Assembly (NCBI GenBank): GCA_964495475.1
Contig: CAZBVY010000002.1
Location: 1-43,011, forward strand
Source: an uncultured Pseudomonadales bacterium
GTDB taxonomy: Bacteria > Patescibacteriota > Microgenomatia > UBA1400 > PJMF01
DNA: 43,011 nt
Direction of reading: 5' to 3'
In this document: positions 35,948 to 43,011 of the stretch, in pieces
Layout: each line of letters begins with the position of its first letter
Numbering within the stretch: the stretch's first letter is position 1
Program-made: the position numbers and the translations under genes
Notes under the pieces: generated by a model
Told to the model about the DNA's origin: nothing
Databases searched by the model: none
The model's input: the letters and a program-made list of their open reading frames with translations, nothing else

Positions 35948-36989
35948 TTTGTTTAATTTTACTATATACCAAAAATGCAAAAACAACGAAAGAAGTTGCA
36001 AGAATGGCAATGATTTTACCAGTGGTTTCTAAATATAAAGATAATAAACCAAGCCCAGCACTAGTTAAAATATAAAAAACTGCCACTCTTCTTCTTCCCC
36101 AACCATAGTAGTCAATTAATTTATGATGTAAGTGCCCTCTATCACCCCAAAAAGGTGATTTTCCTGCCAATACTCGTCTAACTATGGTAAAAACCCCATC
36201 AGCTGTAGGAATGGCAAGCACCATTAAAGTCGTGGCTACTTTTGCGCCAGATAAAATAGCTAGAATACTTAAAAAATAGCCAGCCAAAGATCCGGCTCCA
36301 TAGCCAGGCATGATTTTTTGTGGATAGAAATTCCAGACTAAAAGTCCAGCAAAAGCACCAGAAACAATTAGGGCCAAATTAGCAACGTTAAATTGAGTAG
36401 GATTATCTGCAAAGCGATTGGCCAAAATAGCGATAAATAAACAAGAAACTGATACAAATCCTGGTAATTGTCCATCCACCCCTTTGGCCCAATTAATAAT
36501 ATTCATATTCCACAAGATAAAAAACACAGCAAACAAACTAGAAAGAATCCAAATAGATCTATCTTCGCCAAATAAGTAAAAATTGAGCTGTGGTTGATCA
36601 AGATGAATGACTCCTGCTCCAAAAGGATTACTAACATAAGCAATGCCGATGCCAGCTCCAACTACAATTAAACTAGCAAATAATCCAGTAATTAATCTTG
36701 TATATGGATTAATATCAAAAATATCATCTATGAAACCGACAATTGTTAATAAACTAGCGCCTAAAAATATTGCTATTAAATATTTATCAAAATTTAAAAT
36801 TAAAAAAGCTCCAAAAAGAGTAGCTAGAAAAATTACCAATCCACCACCTCTGGGAACAGCCTGAAGATGAGTTTTTTTGGCATGTTTATTTTTTTCTGGG
36901 TCATCTAACCAATTATGTCGACGATAAAAACTAATCACCAAAGGGGTTATGAGTAGGGCAACTAAAAAACTACTTAAAAAAGACCACAT
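35940..36989 (-). CDS. Glycosyltransferase family 4 polyprenyl-phosphate sugar-1-phosphate transferase (WecA/TagO/MraY-like)
   Basis: HLQAVPRGGGLVIF, the internal FIDDIFDI motif and 10-11 TM segments. Confidence 0.85.
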   Translation of the reverse strand: MWSFLSSFLVALLITPLVISFYRRHNWLDDPEKNKHAKKTHLQAVPRGGGLVIFLATLFGAFLILNFDKYLIAIFLGASLLTIVGFIDDIFDINPYTRLITGLFASLIVVGAGIGIAYVSNPFGAGVIHLDQPQLNFYLFGEDRSIWILSSLFAVFFILWNMNIINWAKGVDGQLPGFVSVSCLFIAILANRFADNPTQFNVANLALIVSGAFAGLLVWNFYPQKIMPGYGAGSLAGYFLSILAILSGAKVATTLMVLAIPTADGVFTIVRRVLAGKSPFWGDRGHLHHKLIDYYGWGRRRVAVFYILTSAGLGLLSLYLETTGKIIAILATSFVVFAFLVYSKIKQNG

Positions 36990-37372
36990 TAATAAACTAT
37001 TATAATGATTCTAAGAAGAATCGCCAAAAGCAAAAACTGTAAGAGTAATGAAATTTCAATAAACATTTTTAAAATATTTGCATTAATTTCTTTTTCAATA
37101 TAAGCAATTAAAAAATGAACGACATTCATGAGGGTGGCAATAATTGGCAAAACTAATATAAATTTTTTATCTGCCAACTGTTGATCACTAGAAAGAGAAT
37201 AAAAAATTGGAATTTCTTTTTGGAGTGAAGTATAAAAAATAACAACTACTAATAAAGAAATGATATTAAGAATAATAGATAACAAGCCAATTGTTCGTAA
37301 ATTTTTTGGCAAAAATCTTAAGTAACGAAGACCTGTTTTCTTTTTTTCTGTTTTAAAGGTTAATTCCATCAT
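36989..37372 (-). CDS. Small membrane protein, unknown function
   Basis: Three or four TM segments. Start and stop overlap both neighbours (4 nt and 1 nt), implying co-translation in the operon. Confidence 0.5.
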   Translation of the reverse strand: MMELTFKTEKKKTGLRYLRFLPKNLRTIGLLSIILNIISLLVVVIFYTSLQKEIPIFYSLSSDQQLADKKFILVLPIIATLMNVVHFLIAYIEKEINANILKMFIEISLLLQFLLLAILLRIIIIVY

Positions 37373-38961
37373 TGTCTTAAATAAAGCGTCATGTGTCGAA
37401 ACTCATTATTAGCTAAGTAATAGTTATTTAAATACTCTTCTAATTTAGGAAAATTTTCTTTTTCATCGTTCATAATAATTATGAGTTTTGGTTTTTCTTT
37501 TTCAATTTGGGCAAAGGTGCGATTCTGATCATCAAAATCTTTAATATGAAAAGCAACAGTAAAACGAGAAGTGGGAATAGTTTTACTTTGAGCATAAAGC
37601 AAAGGATTGGTACCCCAAATAAACATTCTTTGAATACCCATTTCTTTTATTAATTTACTAACTTGACGATTTTCTTCAATTAAAGAATCAAAAGAATTTT
37701 CATATTCTTCTTTGTTAATCTTTAAAGTGGCGTATTTATAAAATTGTTTATAATATTTGACACTGGAATATGGCCTAAAATTTAAACTCAACATGATGTA
37801 GGCAGTAAGAGATAATAATCCACCACTAATAATCAGTGTTTTAGTGGTATGCAATATTTTTTTCTTTTTCATTTCTCCAAGCGTAATCAGTGAATCAACT
37901 ACCAGTAAAGCCAGAGCTGGCACCATTTGAATAAAATAATGAGGATAAGGTCTGCTGGAAAGTAAAACAGAATATAAAGTAAAAATGAAATATAGACTAA
38001 TAAATTGAAATCTCTTTTTTAATTTATCATGATTAAGCGAAACTAAAATAAAAACAGCAAATAAAACAATAGTTTTACCAGGCATACTAAAAGCAAAATT
38101 TATTAAACTATTTCCTAAATCAAGAGGCCAAGACTGGCTGTAACGCAAATTATAAAGAAGACCATAGTCTAAATAATCTTTTCCCTGCCCTTTAACGACA
38201 AAATAAACAACTGAAATCAGAATGGGCAAAAGCAGGCCACTTACAAAGAAAAGACCTCTGTTTAATAGATAGAAAAAAGTTTTACTTAATTGTTTCAAAT
38301 TACTTTTATTATCGAAAAAAACTGTCACCAAAATTAACCAAAAAATTGATAAAAATCCAGCGACATCAAGAATTGCTGGTACTTTAGTTAAAATACCAAG
38401 TCCCATCATAAAACCAGCCATGATTAGTAAAAAACTATCTTTTAGAGTTTTACTTAATATAATTTCTTTCTTAAAAAAATTTAAAAAGATGGAGCTTTGA
38501 CTAAATAAAACAGCTCCTAACATGACAAAACCCATGACAAATAGTTCGCCATTGGGAATATTGCCTTCTAACCAAGGCAATGTTGTCAATAACACTAAAA
38601 TTAAACTTGCTAAGAATGCCCACCTATCTTTTTTAAATAGTTTTTTGGCGAAAACAAAGAAAAAAGTAGTTGTGAACAGCATCCAAATCAAATTTAAGAT
38701 TCTAAAATAAAATTGATTAGGCACCATGGCTAAATAGTAAATTAAGGGGGTTTTATGATCGATAATGGTGGTATATAGTTTTTCACCATTTTTAAGTGCA
38801 TTGCCTAGAGTAAGATAGATGGCTTCATCACCATACCAGTAGGGTTCAAAAAAATTTGGTAAACGCAGAAAAATAATTAATACAAAAAGAATTAATAATG
38901 GGGTTTGGCGATCTAAGAAACGATCAGCTTTTTTTAGAAAAGAAATTAATTTCATACTCAT
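37369..38961 (-). CDS. GT-C fold glycosyltransferase (ArnT/PMT, GT39/83-like)
   Basis: First-loop motif EPYWYGDEAIYLT, multiple TM segments and a C-terminal soluble domain. Confidence 0.7.
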   Translation of the reverse strand: MSMKLISFLKKADRFLDRQTPLLILFVLIIFLRLPNFFEPYWYGDEAIYLTLGNALKNGEKLYTTIIDHKTPLIYYLAMVPNQFYFRILNLIWMLFTTTFFFVFAKKLFKKDRWAFLASLILVLLTTLPWLEGNIPNGELFVMGFVMLGAVLFSQSSIFLNFFKKEIILSKTLKDSFLLIMAGFMMGLGILTKVPAILDVAGFLSIFWLILVTVFFDNKSNLKQLSKTFFYLLNRGLFFVSGLLLPILISVVYFVVKGQGKDYLDYGLLYNLRYSQSWPLDLGNSLINFAFSMPGKTIVLFAVFILVSLNHDKLKKRFQFISLYFIFTLYSVLLSSRPYPHYFIQMVPALALLVVDSLITLGEMKKKKILHTTKTLIISGGLLSLTAYIMLSLNFRPYSSVKYYKQFYKYATLKINKEEYENSFDSLIEENRQVSKLIKEMGIQRMFIWGTNPLLYAQSKTIPTSRFTVAFHIKDFDDQNRTFAQIEKEKPKLIIIMNDEKENFPKLEEYLNNYYLANNEFRHMTLYLRQ

Positions 38962-39003
38962 TCATTTTATCTTGTTTTATTTATGAAAAGCAAGTAACTT
39001 AGT

Positions 39004-40500
39004 TTAAATTTTTTCAGTTACTTTATACTCCATATATTTACCAAGCATTAATCTGGTGTGAGCATCTATGCCTGGTAGAGCAGAGAAAAAGAAGCCAACA
39101 ACAGGAATAAGAATAAATTCTAAAGGTTGGATAATATAAGAAAAAATACTTCTTTTTTCTTGTTTTGCTGGTCTGTTACTACCATCAATTAAGAAAATAG
39201 TAACCATTGAAATCAATGATAGAGTAAGCAAAGTAGAAGTAACTTGAGGCAAGGTTTTACCAATAATAGTACGAGTGAATTCATCATTTAAAATTGGAGG
39301 AAGCATTGCAGAAATAGTTACAGCAAACCAATTAACCGGCCATAAAAAATGATCTTCTATTACTTTAAAAACACGAATGGTTTTATCCCAAAAAGGAACT
39401 CCTTCAGTCAAAATATATTGTCTAATCACGTAGGCATCATCACTCACTCCCCAAGCCCAACGTTTAATTTGTTCATATTGACTATGCATGGTTTTCCAAA
39501 AACTATTTGATTGAACAGCATCGGCATAAATTGGTAGAAAAATTGGGTCAACTTCAAAATCACCTTTTTTAGCAAAATAAGACTTAAAAAACAAACGATA
39601 GTCTTCAGGAATAACGTCTGTGTCCCAATAACCAATTTCTTCAACATGTTTTAAAGTAGTTGAATAAGTAGAAAAATTAATTAAACGATCGCGACGTGAC
39701 AAAATATAGATTTGCGTCACTGATTGAATAGCTGCTAGAACACGAATAGGTGCGGGAACTTTCCAAATATTATTGTAAAAATTAAGTCCTCCCTGCCAAC
39801 TGCGATTGTAAGGTTTTTCACTAGTTAAAAAAAGATAGGTTAAATGAGAAAAATAATGAGGATGAAAAATGGCATCAGCATCTTCACTGGTGATAGTAAT
39901 ATTTTCAATTGGGATTCCTTCTTGATCGACTAAAAGAATTTTAGCTGCTTTGGCTCCGTAACAAGTATTGGAGGATTTGCCTTTAATTTCTCCAACAATG
40001 TCTGGATGTTTACTGATCCATAAATGACCAAATTCTTTGCCGAATTGTTTTTGTAAAGCTGCTGCTTTATGGTCGATGATTTTACCCTCTCTTTCTTCAA
40101 AAGAAAGCATAATGTGAATGTTTTTTCTTGGAAAAGTTTGTTTAGTGAGACCAGTTAGAGTTCTTTCTAAAGTAGAAAGTGGTTCTTGATAAGTAGGAAT
40201 AACAATAATGTGATGAATTTGACTATATTTTTGTGGAAAAAGCTTTTTTAGCTCTGGCAAATAGTCATATTTGCTAAAAGCCTTAATTTTAAAATGAGAA
40301 ATGGTGGCAAAAAAAGTTAAAGCCAGTGATCTATAAAGCCAATAAACAGCAAAAATAATTACATAATAAGCCACTGCTTGAGGAATTACCAAAGATCCCC
40401 AAATTGGAAACAATATTAAAAACCAAGAAAAAAGACCAGGGATAATTTCCAAAGCTCGTTTGGTACGAATGGGATGGCGACGAAAATATCTTTTAACCAT
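39004..40500 (-). CDS. Processive membrane GT2 (cellulose/chitin/hyaluronan-synthase-like)
   Basis: IVIPTYQEP, SEDADA (DxD-like) and QIKRWAWG (QxxRW), with TM segments at both ends. ATG 40500 is preferred over the track start 40539. Confidence 0.75.
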   Translation of the reverse strand: MVKRYFRRHPIRTKRALEIIPGLFSWFLILFPIWGSLVIPQAVAYYVIIFAVYWLYRSLALTFFATISHFKIKAFSKYDYLPELKKLFPQKYSQIHHIIVIPTYQEPLSTLERTLTGLTKQTFPRKNIHIMLSFEEREGKIIDHKAAALQKQFGKEFGHLWISKHPDIVGEIKGKSSNTCYGAKAAKILLVDQEGIPIENITITSEDADAIFHPHYFSHLTYLFLTSEKPYNRSWQGGLNFYNNIWKVPAPIRVLAAIQSVTQIYILSRRDRLINFSTYSTTLKHVEEIGYWDTDVIPEDYRLFFKSYFAKKGDFEVDPIFLPIYADAVQSNSFWKTMHSQYEQIKRWAWGVSDDAYVIRQYILTEGVPFWDKTIRVFKVIEDHFLWPVNWFAVTISAMLPPILNDEFTRTIIGKTLPQVTSTLLTLSLISMVTIFLIDGSNRPAKQEKRSIFSYIIQPLEFILIPVVGFFFSALPGIDAHTRLMLGKYMEYKVTEKI

Positions 40501-40513
40501 TTTTATGTTGTTA

Positions 40514-41383
40514 TTATAGCTTATTGATGTTGAAAGCATTTAAAGAGTTTTGATAAATCTCTTCTAGATCAGCATTTAATTTATTTTCTACATAAAAAGC
40601 AGTGGATTTAATCATATATGGTTCGCAAACTTGTCCACGATATGGTTCAGGAGCTAAATATGGAGCATCAGTTTCTAACAATATTTTTTTAGAATCAGTT
40701 TTTTGTACCAAGGAAAAAATACCTCTAATATCGTCAGCTTTTTTAAAAGTTAAATTGCCATCAAAGCCAAAATAACTATTTTTCATTTTTAAAGCTTTTT
40801 GAATATAGTTAAGCGGTCCCGATACACAATGAAAAATCAAAGAATTGTTAAACTTCCAGTATTGTTCAATAATTTCCAAAGTTTTTAAATAAGTTTCCTC
40901 TGTTTTATCTCTGACGTGTAAAATCAATGGCAAATTTAATTGATTGGCTAATTTTATTTGACCAATAAACAGTTTTTCCTGTTTTTCTTTTGTTTGTTTT
41001 ATATTATTTATATCTTTTGTATCAAGATAAAAACAATCTAATCCTGTTTCTCCAATAGCCACAACTTTTTTATGTTTAGCAAGTTGAGTTAATTGTTCCA
41101 GTGCTTCTTCAATATGATCAATTTTATTGGCTCTTTCTGGATGAATACCAATGCCAGCAAAAAGATTGTCATCTGCTTCTGCTATTTCAATTGCTTTTTG
41201 GCTACTTTTTATTCCTGGTCCAACAACAATGCTTTTAGTGATGCCTTGTTTTTGTGCTTCTTGCCAATGATCTTGCCAATTTTTTTTTAATATTGAATCT
41301 TCATCTTTGATTTTAAAACAGAAAGCTTGGCCACTATAAAGTGGTTCTAAATTATAATGACAGTGAGTATCGATAATTGGCAT
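40514..41383 (-). CDS. tatD: TatD-family metal-dependent hydrolase/DNase
   Basis: MPIIDTHCHYN start, the ILHVRD motif and ETDAPYL. Confidence 0.9.
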   Translation of the reverse strand: MPIIDTHCHYNLEPLYSGQAFCFKIKDEDSILKKNWQDHWQEAQKQGITKSIVVGPGIKSSQKAIEIAEADDNLFAGIGIHPERANKIDHIEEALEQLTQLAKHKKVVAIGETGLDCFYLDTKDINNIKQTKEKQEKLFIGQIKLANQLNLPLILHVRDKTEETYLKTLEIIEQYWKFNNSLIFHCVSGPLNYIQKALKMKNSYFGFDGNLTFKKADDIRGIFSLVQKTDSKKILLETDAPYLAPEPYRGQVCEPYMIKSTAFYVENKLNADLEEIYQNSLNAFNINKL

Positions 41384-42804
41384 TAACTTAATCTAGGAAA
41401 AAGACCCTCATCAAAAGCTTTAACATTTTGATTAAAATGATTTTTAATTTTTATGGCAGTTTCTGGCATAAACGGAGTGAGCATCGAAGCGATATTTTTA
41501 ATTTTTTGACTAGCTTCTTGTAAAACAGTTATTTTTTCTTGACCCTGCAATTTCCACGGAGCATTGCTAGTTAAAAATTTATCAAGAGTGCCGACCATCA
41601 CGTTAATATGTTTAAGAGCATCGTTTAAATCAAAATTATTCATTATTCGTATAAAAGACTCATCTTGAAAATCTTCGTCAATGGAAAGTTCTAAATTAAT
41701 TTGTTCTGCCATTTTTGCTACTCTAGAACAAAGATTTCCCAATCCATTAGCAAGATTGGCGTTATAAAGAGTATCCAGCTTTTCAAAAGTAACGTCACTG
41801 TCTTCTCCAAAAGTACCAAGACTAATTAATAAATAACGAGTAGCATCTACGCCATAGCGAGCCACCATTTCTTCAGGGCTAATTACGTTCCCCAAAGATT
41901 TGCTCATTTTTTGTCCGTTAACTCCAATAAAACCATTGATTAAGATTTGTTTGGAATTTGGTAATTGAGCTGATAAAAGCATGGCTTGCCACATGGCTGT
42001 TTGTTGACGCAAATTGTCTTTACCAGCCAACTGAATTCCTGGCCAAAAATTATTAAATTCTGTTAAGTCTTTTGGCCAACCTATAGTAGAAATATAATTA
42101 ACTAGAGCATCAAACCAAACGTACATAACGTGATTTTCGTCAGATGGCACTGGAATACCCCAAGGCATATTAGTTTTAAGACGAGAAATGCTAAAGTCAT
42201 CTAAACCTGATTTTACAAAAGCTTTAATTTCGTTAAAACGAGTGATTGGTTTAACAAAATCAGGATTAGTTTCATAAAATTTTAACAGTTCCTCGCCATA
42301 TTTACTAAAGCGGAAAAAATAATTTTCTTCTTCTCTTAGTTCTAATTCTTGGTTTGGATGAAGTGGACAATAATTATCAACTAGTTCACTTTCTGTTTTT
42401 GCCATTTCGCAACCAACACAATATTTAACTTTATATTTGGCCTTGTAAATGTCGCCATTTTTTTCACAAATACGCCAAAATTCTTGAGCAGCTTCAATAT
42501 GTTTTTGATCTGTCGTACGGATAAAATTTGTAAAACTTAAATTTAATAGTTCTTTCAATTGTAAAAATTTATTAGCCCATTGGTCGCAGTAAATTTGAGG
42601 ATCAATGTTTAATTCTTTGGCTTTTTCATAAATTTTTTGACCATGCTCATCTGTGCCGGTGTTGAAAACAACTTCTTTTTTTAAAATTTCTTTTTGATAA
42701 CGTGCAATCACATCTGCTTCAATAATTTCCAGGGCAAAACCAATATGAGGGGCAGCGTTAACATAGGGTAAAGTAGTAGTGATATAAAATTTGTTCTCTT
42801 GCAT
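41383..42804 (-). CDS. metG: Methionine--tRNA ligase (short form, no C-terminal tRNA-binding domain)
   Basis: PYVNAAPHIGF (HIGH), a zinc knuckle CVGCEM...CPLH and KMSKS. Confidence 0.95.
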   Translation of the reverse strand: MQENKFYITTTLPYVNAAPHIGFALEIIEADVIARYQKEILKKEVVFNTGTDEHGQKIYEKAKELNIDPQIYCDQWANKFLQLKELLNLSFTNFIRTTDQKHIEAAQEFWRICEKNGDIYKAKYKVKYCVGCEMAKTESELVDNYCPLHPNQELELREEENYFFRFSKYGEELLKFYETNPDFVKPITRFNEIKAFVKSGLDDFSISRLKTNMPWGIPVPSDENHVMYVWFDALVNYISTIGWPKDLTEFNNFWPGIQLAGKDNLRQQTAMWQAMLLSAQLPNSKQILINGFIGVNGQKMSKSLGNVISPEEMVARYGVDATRYLLISLGTFGEDSDVTFEKLDTLYNANLANGLGNLCSRVAKMAEQINLELSIDEDFQDESFIRIMNNFDLNDALKHINVMVGTLDKFLTSNAPWKLQGQEKITVLQEASQKIKNIASMLTPFMPETAIKIKNHFNQNVKAFDEGLFPRLS

Positions 42805-42812
42805 TGGCGTTT

Positions 42813-42841
42813 ATTATAGAAAACTCAAGGCAGAAAAGCCA
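42813..42841 (-). promoter_or_regulatory. Putative metG promoter (near-leaderless)
   Basis: On the minus strand, TATAAT (42818-42813) lies 8 nt upstream of ATG 42804. There is a weak -35 TGGCTT at 42841-42836. Confidence 0.35.
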
Positions 42842-42846
42842 GGACT

Positions 42847-43011
42847 TCATTTTTTAATGATTTTTTTAATTTCTTCAAAAAAAATTAGCGCAACCAAAAT
42901 AATAATAATTAACGTAACAATTAGAATGCTTGTTAAATCAAAATAAAGATTATTAATCTTAAAATATAAAATTAAGTTAATTGAAAAACTACTTATTAAA
43001 CCAATTTTTTT
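42847..43011 (-). CDS. C-terminal fragment of a membrane protein (gene start beyond window end)
   Basis: My minus-strand translation is in frame from the window edge: KKIGLISSFSINLILYFKINNLYFDLTSILIVTLIIIILVALIFFEEIKKIIKK, ending at TGA (42849-42847). Confidence 0.35.
   Translation of the reverse strand, partial: KKIGLISSFSINLILYFKINNLYFDLTSILIVTLIIIILVALIFFEEIKKIIKK

Noticed and set aside
625-40539. N-terminal extensions of track ORFs starting at alternative codons or upstream Met (625, 5152, 6779, 12020, 18201, 22551, 22936, 24363, 25589, 30337, 30906, 32784, 36010, 40539)
   Set aside because: The extensions run through promoters, terminators or the preceding gene. They add residues absent from the known family N-termini (for example typA, dnaG and the csoR-like gene). 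An internal ATG with promoter or SD geometry fits better. The starts at 670, 6728 and 24369 remain uncertain.
4630-41290. Short ORFs antisense to, or out of frame within, confident genes: 4630-4872, 4989-5249, 5240-5422, 8734-8958, 12565-12756, 15778-16032, 16739-16972, 18642-18851, 18879-19088, 23472-23771, 26970-27179, 27784-27987, 28536-28751, 36643-36864, 38522-38710, 39444-39647 and 41093-41290
   Set aside because: Each lies wholly inside, or overlaps most of, a longer ORF with clear family motifs. They are 60-100 aa, have low-complexity composition and have no SD or promoter.
1-43011. Alternative genetic code (UGA as a sense codon), CRISPR arrays, DGR template/variable repeats, and transposons or prophage
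   Set aside because: Conserved proteins terminate at their expected lengths using TGA, TAA and TAG (for example the NUDIX gene ends in TGA). I saw no spaced direct repeats, no reverse transcriptase, and no integrase, transposase or phage structural genes. The only long exact repeat I noticed by eye is the 18-nt promoter block.

Overview
This is an AT-rich, tightly packed bacterial chromosome segment. My counts of single 60-nt lines give about 28% G+C in typical genes. I call about 47 protein genes and 2 tRNAs. I could recognise no rRNA, CRISPR array, transposase, integrase or phage genes. TGA, TAA and TAG all act as stops, so the standard code applies.

Most genes are housekeeping: a DEAD-box helicase fragment, glmS, queA, rluB-like, typA, rarA, dnaG, trxA/trxB, maf, tatD, metG, zwf and gnd. 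The rest is a large cell-envelope set: an LCP protein, a sortase with one substrate, three GT2 enzymes, a GT4 phosphotransferase, GT-C enzymes and a UbiA-type phosphoribosyltransferase-like protein. The small proteins, overlapping start/stop codons and DUF134/DUF5320 pair suggest a reduced-genome Patescibacteria/CPR-like organism. That assignment is inference only.

The most unusual locus is 25.1-26.3 kb:
- A strong promoter there duplicates the promoter of the sortase-substrate gene.
- It drives about 435 nt of ORF-free, hairpin-rich RNA.
- That RNA runs into a roughly 0.7 kb compositional island (one line reaches 62% G+C) encoding a lipoprotein with foreign-looking codon usage.

Other points worth follow-up:
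- a divergent glmS-ribozyme-like leader;
- a histidine-free CsoR-family repressor, with a palindromic operator, in front of trxA-trxB-maf;
- a tRNA-Arg with anticodon GCG;
- widespread leaderless promoter geometry;
- a polyprenyl-phosphate/GT-C glycan gene cluster.

All functional calls come from motif recognition by eye and from memory. No searches were run.
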